A DNA stretch of 64,000 bases from Octopus vulgaris (Eukaryota): positions 17,670,001 to 17,734,000 of the forward strand of contig OX597826.1 of assembly GCA_951406725.2 (NCBI GenBank), written 5' to 3'. A program made the position numbers and the translations under genes. Positions 1-13,200 of this stretch are shown here, piece after piece. Position 1 is the stretch's first letter; each line of letters opens with the position of its first letter. Under the pieces are notes generated by a model. That model saw only the letters and a list, made by a program, of their open reading frames with translations. It was not told the DNA's origin and searched no databases.

Positions 1-348
1 CTGGGGCACCACCATGAAGAATGAATTGTCCCTAGGATTTATTATTATTTTTTAAATCCTGGCACTTATTCTATCGATCTCTTTGCTAAACCACTAAGTG
101 ACAGGGATGTAAACACACCAGCACTAGTTGTCAAACAGTGGGGTTAGGGTGGGGGGATGAGGACAAACAGACACAAAAACATACACACACATATATATAT
201 AAACAATGAGTTTCTTCCAGTTCCTATCAACCAAATCCACTCACAAGACTTTGGTTGGCCTGAGGCGATAGAAGACACTTGCTTAAGGGACTGAACTGAG
301 AACAATGTGGTTGGGAAGCAAACTTCCTACCACACAGCCATGCCTGCA
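1..348 (-). mobile_element. tRNA-derived SINE family A (partial)
   Basis: Matches many other copies in the window; pol III A/B-box-like head on the minus strand, (CA)/(TA) linker. Confidence 0.75.
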
Positions 349-635
349 TCTGATCATACATTCTTTCGAAGTTGGGGAGGGCCTTAGCTACAGAATGAGA
401 GTCATGGTAATGAGCTGATGTAGCTTGGCATAGAGGTTGACTCTGCTGAGTGAGAAGAGATTGGAGGTTGGAAAAGTATTCTGAATCACTGGGAGTGAAA
501 CAGCATCAATAGCACTATGTAGAGGGTTATATCGAAAAGTTCTCTTGAAGTTGGATTGTAAAGGTAAAAGAGGTAAAGAGCTCCTTCGATCATGAAAGGC
601 CATGGGATAAGTTACTCTCCGAAGCATAAGTCCAG

Positions 636-893
636 ACAGGTTGTTTATGGAAGATCCACAGTTGCCCATGCATACTGATTTCTCCTCTTCACCCCACCTA
701 TGTTACCCAAGGGAACAGCAAAGGCCGATGCAGCTTGGCACCAGTGACATTGCAACTCATTTCTGCAGCTGAGTGAACTGGAGCAACATAAAATAAAGTG
801 CCTTGCTGAAGAACACAACACACAACCCGGGCTGGGAATCGAACTCCCCACCTCATGATAGTGAGCTCTAACTATTGAGCCATGCACTTCCAC
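636..893 (-). mobile_element. tRNA-derived SINE family C
   Basis: B-box-like GTTCGATTCCC head on the minus strand; homologous to 51626-51966. Confidence 0.75.
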
Positions 894-2347
894 ATTGTAG
901 TCTTCTTGCTTTAATGTGGTAAGGTGGATGGATGTGTATAGTGTCCCAAAATGTGATGGGGGGTATAAATAAACAGAGTATGTTTATAAGAGAAAGAAAC
1001 GAAGAGGAAAAAAAGAAATACAGAGATATAACGAGGAAAGAAAAGAAACAGGTGACAATGAGGTGGCTAGATATAATAAATAAATACGGAAACATTTTAT
1101 AATGAAATATGTTTAAGGTAAGAAAGTTCTGATTTTGCTTCTGACCAATCATAATCTTTCAAATTTAACTGAGAATTTGTTAGTCAGATATGTGCATGTT
1201 GAACACCTTTCAAAACATTCTCTCCTCTCCCCGTCAGGTTAATATATGCGGCATGTTTATAAGAAAGAGGTGGAGAAGAAAGGAATGAAAGAGGCAGTAA
1301 AGTGAATAAAATGGGGGTAGATAATAGACTACATAGAGAGACTTTAAAACTGAGAGAAAGTCACACCGTCAATGGTAATGAGGATATTTGCTCATTAATC
1401 AAGTCAAACCTTCTTTTATCTTTCTTTGTATTTTTCTTCCTTTTTCTTCAGTTCTTTTGCTTTCATGTTTGCAGGAAGGTGAATATATGGTGGCTATTAA
1501 AGTCCTTGGCAACTGGTTCATTATTCTAGAGTTGAAATCTGGCTTGTACTATTTAAAAGCACCATAGCATTTGTTGTTCTACTGTTATCAGTTGGTTGTG
1601 TTGCAGCCACATCCATTCTAAGACACACACACACAGACAGACAGACAGAGCCAATGAATGAGCTTTTATGTAGTTGCTTGACCTGCAAAAAATAGCAATC
1701 CAGTTTACTTGCTTAGCACCTTTCCTTCTCAAAAAGGTAAGGGCACAATGGACAATGTAGGGATGGTAGTGTCTTGGTCTGCTTTAATCATAGGCATGAT
1801 CAGTCAGGGCAAACCCGGAGATAAGCAACAACAACAACAACCGGGGCCACCGCAAAATGACATCAGTTTTTTTTTAGCTGTGAACACAGCACAGACAAAA
1901 TATAACTGAATCACTTTCCTTTTATGGTGTCAAGCCACGAAACTTCTAGAGTTCAAACTGAACCTGGACTGTATTAATCCCACCCAGGAGGTGGGAAACA
2001 GTTACAGGTACTGCACCTCTTCTGATGACTAAATAATAAAAACATTCCACATACCCTAAAAGAAAATAGATTGAAGACAAAATACGGAATGGGAATCAGG
2101 GATTTGCAATCATCTCATCAAAATCATCACCATCATCATCCTTTAACATCCATTTTCCATGCATAGCATAGGTTGGATGGTTTGACAGGAGCTGGCAAAC
2201 TGGGAAGCAGCACCAGGTTCCAATTGTCTGTTTTGAGATGATTTCTACGGCGGGATGCTCTTCCTGATGCCAACTACTTTATAGAGTGAACTGGGTGCCT
2301 TTTACATGACACCAGCACAGGTACTTATGTAACACACAAACACACAC

Positions 2348-3220
2348 AGGCACAGATGTGACTGTATGGTAAGAAGCTTACCATACTGATGGAGCAGTGT
2401 GTGGTCCCTTCCTGTGAAGAGGAGGTGTTTCTCCTCCTTTACCACGAGGGAGGGACGGTGAGTGAATTTATGGATGGCTTGGGTGACCGAGAACGTGTGT
2501 ACTCGTTCTGCTCAAGTAGTCCGATATGGTCTCCGCAGGTGGCTGCGGAGGTAGTAACTGAAAGAATTTTGTCAAAGGTCACAGCGACCTTTAACAAGGA
2601 AGAATTTGCTTTCCTCTTTGCAGGCCCCGACTTGTCGATGCAGAGTTGTCTGCAGGTGGAAAGTCACTTAGCTTGGGGGACCTGACAAAGAGAATTGTTG
2701 TAAGAAACTTTGTATTCGAGGGTTTGTCGGTCGGTGGGCGCCGACATCCCTCTCATCTGTATCATTTCGTTTCATTTCATCTCATCTTGTCCATGTCCAG
2801 CCCACAAGCTTCTATCTGTGTACTGCCCTTGTGGAAAATTGAATGAAATAAAGAAGCTTGCTTCTCAACCACATGGTTCCGAGTTCAGTCCCACTGCATG
2901 ACACCATGGGCAAGTGCCTTCCACAATAGCCTTGAGCTGACCAAAGCCTTGAGTGGATTTGGTAGACAGAAACTTAAAGAAGCTCATCATATGTCTCTCT
3001 CTCTCTCTCTCACTTTCTATCTGTTCCTCACAATACTTGATGTCTGGGGCTGGTGTGTTTATGTCGCCATAACTTAGCAGTTCAACAAAAGAGGCCGATA
3101 GAATAAGTACCAATCTTAAAAGAATAAACGTACAAGGATTGATTCCTTCAGCTAAAAATTCTTAAAAATAGTGTCCCAGCATGGCTGCAGTCAACTGATT
3201 AAAACAAATAAAAGATAAAG
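2348..3220 (+). mobile_element. SINE family A, interrupted by a 471-bp insertion
   Basis: Head sequence ...ggtaagaagctt is broken at 2379 and resumes at 2851. Confidence 0.75.
2380..2850 (+). mobile_element. Inserted element, probable 3' end of a non-LTR retrotransposon
   Basis: Flanked by a 9-bp direct repeat AAGAAGCTT (2371-2379 and 2851-2859). Higher GC than the flanks, A-rich 3' end. Family not identifiable. Confidence 0.55.
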
Positions 3221-3515
3221 ATACTCATATATATATCATCATTTTGATGTTCACATTTCTACACTTGGATCAGTCAGATGGAATTTGCTGAGGCAGATTT
3301 CTCTATGGCCAGACACTCTTCTAGTCACCAATCCCCTTCCTTTCCCAAGCAATGTAAGACTTTACCCATGACCAGGCATGAGTTCATGGAAAACTGGAAA
3401 CAAACAACATTGCACATATGACAGTGATGCTCATTTAGAGCTACTATGCAATGTCAAGACAAGGTGATGCTAAGATACACATATACACACACATAGATAT
3501 ATATACATACACAAT

Positions 3516-3986
3516 GGCAGCGAGCTGGCAGAAACGTTAGCACGCCGGGTGAAATACGTAGCCGTATTTCGTCTGCCATTACGTTATGGGTTCAAATTCC
3601 GCCGAGGTTGACTTTGCCTTTCATCCTTTCGGGGTCGATAAATTAAGTACTTATTTCTTTACTACCCACAAGGGGCTAAACACAGAGAGGACAAACAAGG
3701 ACAGACAATTGGATTAAGTCGATTTTACCGACCCCAGTGAATAACTGGTACTTATTTAATCGATCCCGAAAGGATGAAAGGCAAAGTCGACCTCAACGGA
3801 ATTTGAACTCAGAGCGTAACAGCAGACGAAATACAGCTACGCATTTCGCCCGGGGTGCTAACGTTTCTGCCAGCTCGATAAATTAAGTACCAGGTACGCA
3901 CTGGGGTCGATGTAATCGACTTAATCCATTTGTCTGTCCTTGTTTGTCCCCTCTGTGTTTAGCCTCTGGTGGGTAGTAAAGGAATA
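3516..3986. mobile_element. SINE family B (+) with a second family-B copy (-, 3651-3877) inserted inside
   Basis: Outer copy split into 3516-3650 and 3878-3986; target duplication (tcg)ataaattaagtac on both sides of the inner copy. Confidence 0.88.
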
Positions 3987-4420
3987 TATATACATACACA
4001 TGCACATAAATATGACATGCTTATTTCAGTTTCCATCAACCAAATCCACTCACATGGCTTAGGTTGGCACAGAACTATAATTGAAGATATTTGCCCATCA
4101 GAGATAGATATATACTAACATACATACATAGACATACAGACGTTTGTAGAATATCCATCTACAAACAGTCATATTCTCTTGTCAATTTTGATTAATTGTT
4201 CCTTAGGTTCATTAAAGCTACTGCTGCTGCTACAAGCTTTTCACTGATGCACAAAAGGACACTGAGGTAAAAAAAAAAAGTTATTGTAAGTGCCAGCTCT
4301 ACAACAACAATAATGGTGAGGATGCTGACAACAATAACAACAACAACAATAATGGTTGCAAAAAGAGTGTTTGTCAATGACAGAATATTTCAATAAAATT
4401 TGTGAGTAAAGATAACTTAC

Positions 4421-4576
4421 ATTAACTTTCCAGTCGAAATTATGAAGTTCCCTCTCTGAGATGCTGTCTGTCTTTGCAAGCAGCTGTTCCACAATGTCAT
4501 CCCTACGGCAATTTATCACCTCAAAGATACTTTGCTTGTACTCATCTGGAACTGTGTCACCAACATAACTAAATAC
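4421..4576 (-). CDS. COMMD8: COMMD8 coding exon 3 (VFSY...CRRDDIVEQLL...LHNFDWKVN), start of the COMM domain
   Basis: Acceptor ttcttctgcag|, donor AAT|GTAAGT, 156 nt, phase 0-0. LxxFDWxV COMM signature (human SRKDEIKQAL...LQDFDWQVK). The remaining exons were not found in the window. Confidence 0.92.
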
Positions 4577-5523
4577 CTGCAGAAGAAAATTAAAATAGGA
4601 TTTAACATAGCATCCACATAAAGGCACTTTATTTGGGGGCTGAACTATTTAAAACTTCATGGGTTGGATGAAGAAATGTAGTAAGAATGTAATAATATTA
4701 GCATTGATCTTAGTTTGGTCATTTCTATGAAATGATGCTTAGAGACATGGTTCTATAGGCTCATTCAATTTACATTGTCATGAAAACTGAAAACTTGGGA
4801 CATATAATTGGTACACACACAAACACATTATCTTAACTATTTTACATGTATAATTCAACCAATAGTATGGATTATATGTAAATCCGTAGATGCATTTTAA
4901 TTCCAGAAGTGCTTTCAAAGTCCAGTGCTAAATTAACTGCAGCCTAATGACATGAAGTGAATGAAAGATAAATTTCCTGCTCAATAAGACACTGGCTTAT
5001 TGAAGGTAATAATTGCAGTATGATCAGGTACCGATTCCAGAGGAGTTTAATGAAGTGAGGAAAAGTGAAACAACAAAACGCAGTGAATCTGAATCCAGAG
5101 TCATTGAGGATATAGTTTAATACCTTAAGTATTCAATCATTTTTGCCTTCACATATGGGTCATAAGGGTCCTAATTTTCAAATAAGTGTATAAAGAGGGT
5201 TTCCTCACATAAATATTTAGGAAGTAGGAAGGTATGATGTTCAGGCATTTTTCAGAAACATTAATTGAAGTGGGATAGGAAATGAAATTTAATAACGAAT
5301 TCAGTTGCTAAAGAGTTTAGAGACAAACTACTGCAGTTGCTACAACAATTAGATATTCTTGCTGCCATTAGCCAATTTACCAAGAATGGGAGTAACAACT
5401 ATTGTCATAGGCAACCAGAGGTAAGCAAACTAATGCAACAGTACCATAAATGCTCAGAGTCGCAGAACAAATGACTACGTAGTCTTGTTTGAACTTGTGA
5501 CCATGACTGACTTTCATATTTAT

Positions 5524-5736
5524 CCCTTTAGCATTTAAACTGGCCATGTCCAGCCAAATTATTCTACATCTTTTATGTTCAAAGATCTGGCCTCTTCCAT
5601 CTACCCTGTAATGTCATTCTAAAAATAAACAATCACAGCAGCAAAATCTTGAAGCAACAAGATAATGCTTGATTAGTTCAAAACAATATGAATAAATAAG
5701 TATTAGATTTGACAGAATAATCTAAATACTAAAGGG
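5524..5736. mobile_element. piggyBac-like MITE
   Basis: CCCTTTAG...CTAAAGGG termini with TTAA on the right; further copies at 24326, 49681 and 53665. Confidence 0.7.
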
Positions 5737-5778
5737 TTAAAGAAATAAATATAAAACAGAATGATTCCGTTTCCTCAC

Positions 5779-5940
5779 CTGGTCTTTTGTCCAAGACTCT
5801 TTACCAGCAGTTAGTACCAACTCTTCACAGCTATCACACACCTGCCAATACTGTTGTATATTCCACACACTACTATAGTCTTTGTAATGCAATATATGAC
5901 GACTGTCTTTATACAGTTGGCTAATGATACCATGAAGAAG
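5779..5940 (-). CDS. COMMD8: COMMD8 coding exon 2 (LLHGIISQLYKDSRHILHYKDYSSVWNIQQYWQVCDSCEELVLTAGKESWTKDQ)
   Basis: Acceptor tttttttcag|, donor CAG|GTGAGG, 162 nt, phase 0-0. Aligns by eye with human LLHKIIDG...YQDYHTVW. Confidence 0.9.
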
Positions 5941-6734
5941 CTGAAAAAAACAAAACAATAAATTTCAAGAAAATAGAAGAGACGATGATGATGATAATTA
6001 TCCGGACTGCCAACACATGATGAGAAATGAAAGAGCTTCTCTCTCTAGTTGCTCAAACCGAAGCTAAATTCTCTCAAATCCCACTCTAATGTATTAAAAA
6101 TTGCACACTGTGCAATATAGTCCTATAGTTAGAAAATAATGAGATGGTCATAGCTGGAATGCTTTTGGTTATTAGTCGACTCAATCAGGGTTGACTCGGA
6201 GCTAAACAACAGCATGGGCAACTCACTTTGGTTTACAGAGAGTTCTTTATGTTCTGGTTGCCAACACATAAATGTTTTTTTCTTACAAGAACAAATAAAA
6301 GGAGGAACCAGAAGTAATACAAAACATTTGTGGAACAGATATCAACTGATGACAGAATCATTGTTAATAACTACATCCAGGGTTTTGAAACAGTTGTATC
6401 TCACAATCATAAAAAATTAAATCTGGTAATTCTACACCAGCATTCAGGTTCCTCCAGCAGAATATGAGGCATTTGTTTGCAAGTGAGATATAACATTCTC
6501 AGTCAATTAGAGAGAAAGAAATTTGGTGAAAAAGTGTCTTTTCATGAATGTCAGGCGTAGATGATTGCAGTAATATGGACACGTATTGTGAATCAATGAT
6601 AAACACTAGGTGAACAAGAGGTATGCTGGAGATGAAAGATAATAGAAGAGACAATAAGGGAAATAGTGAGTAGGGTAATAATGATAATGAATCTGGAATG
6701 TCAAACTGACTGGTTAAAGAAAGTTGGTTAAAAC

Positions 6735-7240
6735 TGACGGTAACTTGAATAGTGCCAAAATACATCCAGTTACTGAAGGACAATTTGATACCAGACTTGG
6801 ATGAAGGTGAGATTTTTCAGCATGATGTAGCTCCATGCCATAGATCATGTTCAACACAACAGAGTCTGGCTGATGAAGGTGTTACAGTATTGAAAGATTG
6901 GCCAGCTCAGACTTAAATATCATCAAGCAAATGTGGACAGAGCTAAAGAGAAGAGGTCATCAAAAGAATCCACACAAATCTTGAAGAGTTGTGGGAGCTT
7001 AGCAACAGACAATGGCATCTCACACCTGTGAAGCTGGTGAAGGATTTGTATGGATCTCTTCCCAGGCGTATTAAAGCAATTACTCAAGCTAAGGGAAGCA
7101 ACATGGAATATTAACAATGTATAGCAACTTCTTGAAATGAACATTATGTAATAAATTTCCATTATAGACATTTTTCAGTTTTAAAACACTGTATCTTGAC
7201 TGGTTTATGTGAGGTGGCTGAAAACTTTTGCATGGTCATT
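6735..7240 (+). mobile_element. Tc1-like transposase C-terminal fragment
   Basis: Degenerate translation ...LLKDNLIPD...IFQHDVAPCH...DWPAQ-DLNIIKQMW; remnant terminal repeat (aaaacttttgcatgg) near 7220-7236. Confidence 0.75.
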
Positions 7241-7549
7241 TTTTGTAGTCATCTCAAATCTTCCCCTCTCATTTGAAACCCCTACTACAAAATATAATGA
7301 TTAAGTATGGAATTGACTCCAACAAGGCCAATGTTTCATCTGAAAAAACCACAATGTGAAACATCCACTTATAAGTTGACAATTAGTAGAAATTTACAAT
7401 AGTTTACAGTGCTGTATACATATAAATTTACAGCATTGTATACATATAAAACAACTACATGTGCATATAAACAAACCTACATATTTTATATTTTTTTAGA
7501 AGCATTGAATGTGTAGTGTAGGATACAGACAAGGCGACATTAATAATTT

Positions 7550-8387
7550 ATTTACTTAAGTTTTAACATCATCTTCGAAATACTCCTCTTGCACAGCAAT
7601 ATTCCGGTCCCAGCATTTCCACCAGTTTTGGAATCTGGCCTGGAAGTTGTTTACTGTAAAGGAGTTGAGGTCCTTCTGTGATTTGCTCTTGATCTTGTCA
7701 ACTATGCAAAAATGGTGACTTTTGAGCTGCATTTTCATTTTGGGGAGGAGATGGAAGTCTGCAGGTGCTAAATCTGGCAAATAGAGTAGGTGCAGAAGCA
7801 ATATCATGCTGTTTTTAGTGAGAAAATCCCAAGTGAGAAGAGCTCGGTGTTAGGGTGCATTGTCATCGTGAAGAATCCATTTCTTTGCAGATGTTAGGAT
7901 TATGTGCATGGACCCATAACGACAGACCAACAACATCAGAAACGTTGCTGATTGTCCTCTGATAATCCTCATACATGGAATGATGAATTTTCTCCACATT
8001 TCCAGGGGTGATGCTTGTGGCAAGTCTTCTAGGAATGTTCTTCCACTTTCGAAGCACCCATGCCACGCAAAACATTGTATACAACCCAATGCATCGTCAC
8101 CGTAAGCTTGCTAAAGCGTGCTCAATGTCTTTGTAGCAGACTTCCAAAGTTTCACACAAAATTTCACATTAGCTCTTTGTTCCAACTTCCTGTCCACAAT
8201 AAAAATTGCAAACTACAGCATACATGTGATCACAAAAACACAAATTTTACAACTTGCAAAGCGACAGTACTTTGCACATTGCCTCATGAAGAGCACTGCT
8301 AACTCTCTCTCTACATGCAACCATGTGCTGCCATCTGTTGGCATGCTACAGATCTAGTCCAGGAACTTTTTGATATCACTCCATGTA
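7550..8387 (-). mobile_element. mariner remnant
   Basis: WILHDDNAP and PDLAPADFHLLPKMK motifs on the minus strand; TIR-like end ccaggaactttttgatatcactccatg followed by TA. Confidence 0.8.
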
Positions 8388-8403
8388 TATATATATATAT
8401 ATA

Positions 8404-8615
8404 CAGTAATCCCTCACCATGTCGCAGTTCACCTATCATGGTTTATTATTTAAGCTTACGTCAATCCCTCCATGGTGTTTTACATTTATAATAAAATATA
8501 TACAAATCATAAAAGTAATAAAAAAAATATACAGTACAGTAGTTTCTACTTCATGGATTTTCACCTATCACAGGGGTTTTGGAACGTAACACCTGTGATA
8601 GTCAAGGGATTACTG
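8404..8615. mobile_element. pogo/Tigger-like MITE
   Basis: Terminal inverted repeats CAGTAATCCCT...AGGGATTACTG, 212 bp, next to a TA run. Confidence 0.7.
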
Positions 8616-8626
8616 TGTATATATAA

Positions 8627-9045
8627 TCATTGTTTAACATCCACCTCCCATGCTGGCATGGGTTGGACGGTTTGACTGAGGACTGGCAAGCCAGGAGGCT
8701 GCACCAGGCTCCAATCTGATCTGGCAAGGTTTCTACAGCTGGATGCCCTTCCTAATGCCAACCCCTCTGAGAGTGTAGTGAGTGCTTTTTACGTGCCACT
8801 GGCATGAGAGTCAGTCAGGCAGCACTGGCATCAACCATGCTCAAATGAAGCTTTTTACGTGCCACAGGTACAGGAGCCAGTCAGACTGCACTGGCATCAA
8901 CCATGCTCAAAGTGCTTTTTACATACCACCAGCACGGGAGACAGTCAAGCGGCGCTGGCATCGACCACACTCGAATGGTGCTTTTTATGTGCCAGTCAGG
9001 TGACAATGGCATCGACCACACTCAAATGGTGCTTTTTAGTGTCCA
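8627..9045 (-). mobile_element. RTE-LINE 3' tail with about 4 tandem ~66-bp modules
   Basis: Same tail as that directly following RTE ORFs at 14.2 kb and 47.3 kb; repeated gtgctttttacgtgccac module. Confidence 0.75.
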
Positions 9046-9355
9046 TCCACCAAATCCACTCACAAGACTGTGAAATACCCAAGGCTACAGTAGAAGACAC
9101 TTGCTCAAAGTGCCACACAGTGGGACTGAATCATGTAATTGGTAAGCAAGCGTCTTACCACACAGCCATGCCTGCACCCATGCAAGGAACAAGCTAATGA
9201 TCTCGTTGCAATACATCTGCAACAGTTTCCTTGGTAATTAATGCACAAATGGGCTTTCTAAGATCTAATTTTCTGGATAAGAGATTACTAGAACATATCA
9301 TCATCATCATCATTTTAACATCCACTATGTCATATTTGCAAGTGTTGGACAGAAT

Positions 9356-9581
9356 TTACTCTTTTACTTGTTTGTCATATTTGAATATGGCCATGCTGGA
9401 GCACCACCTTTAGCCGAGCAAATTGACCCCAGGACTTATTCTTTGTAAGCCTAGCACTTTTTCTATCAGTCTATTTTGCTGAACTGCTAAGTTACGGGGA
9501 TGTAAACACCATCATCAGTTGTCAAGCGATATTGGGGGGGGGGGCAAACACAGACACACAAACATATACATACACTCATTC

Positions 9582-9642
<61 letters not shown>

Positions 9643-9811
9643 TATATACGATGGGCTTCTTTCAGTTTCCATCTACCAAATCCACTCACAAGGCTTTGGT
9701 CGGCCCGAGGCTATAGTAGAAGACAATTGACCAAGGTGCCATGCAGTGGGACTGAACCTGGAACCATGTGGTTCGTAAGCAAGCTACTTACCACACAGCC
9801 ACTCCTACACC
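9356..9811 (-). mobile_element. SINE family A, near full length, with internal (TA)n
   Basis: tRNA-like head with A/B boxes on the minus strand; matches the other copies. Confidence 0.85.
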
Positions 9812-11040
9812 TTTGTTGAGATGGATTTTCTATAATCAGAAGCCTTTCCTGTTACTAATTCCAACCTGCTTGTTCACAAGATTAGAAACAAATGACACTG
9901 CTTACAACTCTCATATGGTGTCAAAGCAGGAAGACAGTTAAAAGACGCACACACAACAGACTTCTTTCAATTTTCGTCTACCAAATCCATCCACAATGAT
10001 TCAGTTGGTCCAAGGCTATAGTAAAAGACATTTGCCCAAGGTGCCATGCAGTGAACCAAACCCGGAACCATGAGGGTAGGAAGCAAATTTCTTACAACAC
10101 AGCTATACCTGCACCAAATATTATAATTTACATTGTTTGAATTCTTTAAAAATTACCAAAAATTATTTTTAAATGACCAAAATCTCAATTTTTAAAAAAT
10201 CATTTAAAGATTAAAAGACATAATTACAGCTTAGTGCTCAATCTTGACTTTGTTTCCTCATGCATAATTTTCAATGAAATTTTGCAGAGACACATTGTTG
10301 AAGATGTAAATTACAAATATGTTGATAAAATTAAAATAAAGAAAAATTCATACCCTTTTAACCACCCAATAGCTTGCTCAAAATTATTGTACAACTGTAT
10401 CTATGGCATTCTCTTAATTGATATTATCATTGATAATAAAAAAATAAATAATAAAGTAGGCAGATATCTTTTAGCAGACAACAGTACAAATTGATTGTAA
10501 TCAATACAAATCAAAATGATTTGTATTTGTAAGCCATATGTGAAATGGGAAACTTTTTCATGCTTTCCAATTAATGTTGACAATAACATCAATCAGGATA
10601 ATGGCATAGATTTTTACCTTGATTTTTTTTCCTGTTTATTGTTGCTGTGCAATGATTTTGAGCAAGTTATTGAATGCTTAAAAAAAGAAAAAAAGGTATG
10701 GACTTATTCCTCTTTTTGAGTTATAAAATGTTAATGCAACAAAATTCCACTAACAATTGTAATCTACATCTTCAAAAATACATCTCTACAAAATTTCATA
10801 AAAAATATGCATTATTAAGGAAGTTATGAAGAAATAATGTTGGGGAGAGGAGGGGATGACACAAAGCTGGAGTTATGCAGATTAAAAAGTGTTTTGCATT
10901 GTGTACTCATCATTGTAAATGATTAACAAAAGAAAATCACAAGACCCGCAATGTCCTGTTTCACTATAGCTTCATGTATCAATAACGGAAGGCTATTGTA
11001 ATTGTAAAAAGCATGCATTATACATTTGGAAGTAGAGCTT

Positions 11041-11087
11041 TTTCATTAAATATCAATCCAGTATTGTTGGATTGATATTTAATGAAA
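11041..11087. repeat. Perfect 20-bp inverted repeat with a 7-nt spacer
   Basis: tttcattaaatatcaatcca / tggattgatatttaatgaaa. Confidence 0.95.
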
Positions 11088-11339
11088 CTCATCATCATAA
11101 TAGCTTTGAGAGTGACATAAAAATCACAGATCTTTTCCTTTGCCACTTGAATCTATTGATCAATAATTAAATATTTCTAAAAAAAGAAAATTGTTGTCAT
11201 CCAACTGTATGGCTTGGCTACAAAATCCATTATATTTCCATTTAGTGTTCAGCAACACCCTCAGAGCATATTGTGGCACTAACCTCAAGGACTGCTATTC
11301 ACAAGAAAAGTTAGCAAAAGTTAGAAAATTGTACATGGT

Positions 11340-11835
11340 CATGATGATGATGATCATCATCATCATTTAACATCTGTTTTCCATGCTGGCATGGACTAGA
11401 CAGTTTGACTGGGGACTGGCAAGCCAGGAGGCTGCACCAGGCTCCAATCTGATCTGGCAATGTTTCTACAGCTGGATGCCCTTCCTAACGCCAACCACTC
11501 TGAGAGTAGTGGATGCTTTTTACATGGGAGCACTGGCAGTGGCCACATTTGGATGGTGCCTTCTATGTGCTCCCAGCACAGGAGCCAGTCAGGGCAGGGG
11601 GCTGGCTTTGACCTCATTCAGATGATGTATTTTACATGCCACCAGCATGGGGAGCCAGTCAGATGGCACTGGCAACGACCTATGCATGGTACTTATTGTA
11701 TGCTACCAGGCAGCACTGGCGTTGGCCATAACTACAATTTCCATTTTGATTTGACTGTGATTTTGATTTTTGATTTTACTTGGACTCAATAGGTCTCCTC
11801 AAGCACGACATGTTGCCTGATGATTCAAAGGTACT
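11340..11835 (-). mobile_element. RTE-LINE 3' tail with tandem modules
   Basis: (CAT)n tail, ggatgcccttcctaacgccaaccac motif, several gtgccaccagcac-type modules. Confidence 0.7.
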
Positions 11836-13004
11836 TTTTATATGTACTTCGCAAAATACATATTTCTAAAAAATGCAATCAGAGAAAGGAGAGTCATTTG
11901 TTAACCTAATGATGTTCAAGTAAAATGTTGAATGAAATAAATTTTGCTGATTACTATGCTGAGAAAAAAACAAAAAAAACTATGGCTGTGACATAATTGT
12001 TGTTCTTTACCCACATTTATGGCAAAACTTGAGTGCTAAGGGTGCTGTTTTATTCTATCTCTGAATGCAGGAGTCAATGTCTCACCAGATGGTGAAGCAA
12101 CTCTGTAGGCGTTTCAGCCTTTTCCATTGCAACACAAGAACTGCCCGAGGCCACCCACTGATGCAGGCAATAAAAGGAGAGAAAATAGTAATTCAGTGAA
12201 GTAGAGTAATAGCCATGACTGAGAGGGAGTGAGAGAAAGTAATAGAAAGAGAGGAAATGGCAAAGAGAGGATCGTGAATCTTCTATAATAATACTCTTGC
12301 GTTTTTCTCCGTCACAACAAATGAAATGATAGATGAATAAAGAAGGAAGGGGTGGAAAAAAAAATCAAACTGTATTTCAACAGTGTGAGTATATGTGTGT
12401 GTATTTAAAAGGGAGGTATGTGAATGTGTGTGTGTGTGTGTGTGCAATGGAAGTGGGATGGTAAACATTCAATGCTGAAAAGAAAAATCAAAGTGTTTCA
12501 ACTCTGTGTGAGTATAAGTGTGTATATGTGTGTCTATACAAAGGAAGTATGTGAATGTATGCGTGAACCAGTGCTCTTTCAGTAACTATTCATAAACTAA
12601 CCAGTGTTATTTCAGTAATTAATGATGATCGATGTCACATCTCAAAAGACAACCATTAGATAACATTGATAAGTGTATTAATTTGATTTACCATCCATAT
12701 TCTATCTGATGTGTTACAAATAATTATTACAATCACACACTCTACACAAACATATACAAACTCATTAGAGAAAATAATTACTGCCTGAGTGAATCAAGAA
12801 TATAAAACGACTGCAGTTGAAAAGTATATTATAAATATACATTTAACAGTTCATACATGTGCCTAATTTATTTATATTGAGAAATTTATGTAATAAATTT
12901 TGAATAGGGGAGTTTTTACAATATCAACCCTAAGTCACGGACTGCTTTTTGTGGCTTTAAATCGTATGAGTTTAGGTTGGTTTCAGTAATGGAGAGCACA
13001 ACTG

Positions 13005-13200
13005 AAAGGAAACATCGCTTCGAAAAAGTTGGTATCTACTTGCCAGCTTTTGTAATTAGTCAAGGCCAACTTTATGTGACCTTAAGTCACACAAGAAGGA
13101 AGGAAAGCTTTAAAATTCTTTTAAAGGAAACAAGCAACCAAAGGATATTAGTTGCGGGTAGATTTTTCACAAAAGATTTGGTAATAAAAGAATTTAACTT
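13005..13200 (+). mobile_element. Helitron Pif1-like helicase C-terminal fragment
   Basis: FEKVGIYLPAFVISQGQLYVTLSH...FTKDLVIKE resembles the Helitron consensus FxKVGIYLPxPVFSHGQLYVALSR...TxNIVYKE. Confidence 0.75.

Noticed and set aside
370-635. 93-aa ORF at 388-669
   Set aside because: Only a faint resemblance to a LINE C-terminus; not supportable as a gene.
1-4420. COMMD8 exon 4
   Set aside because: No LAxSSD-like frame found on the minus strand; the acceptor-like site near 2030 gives stops in all three frames.
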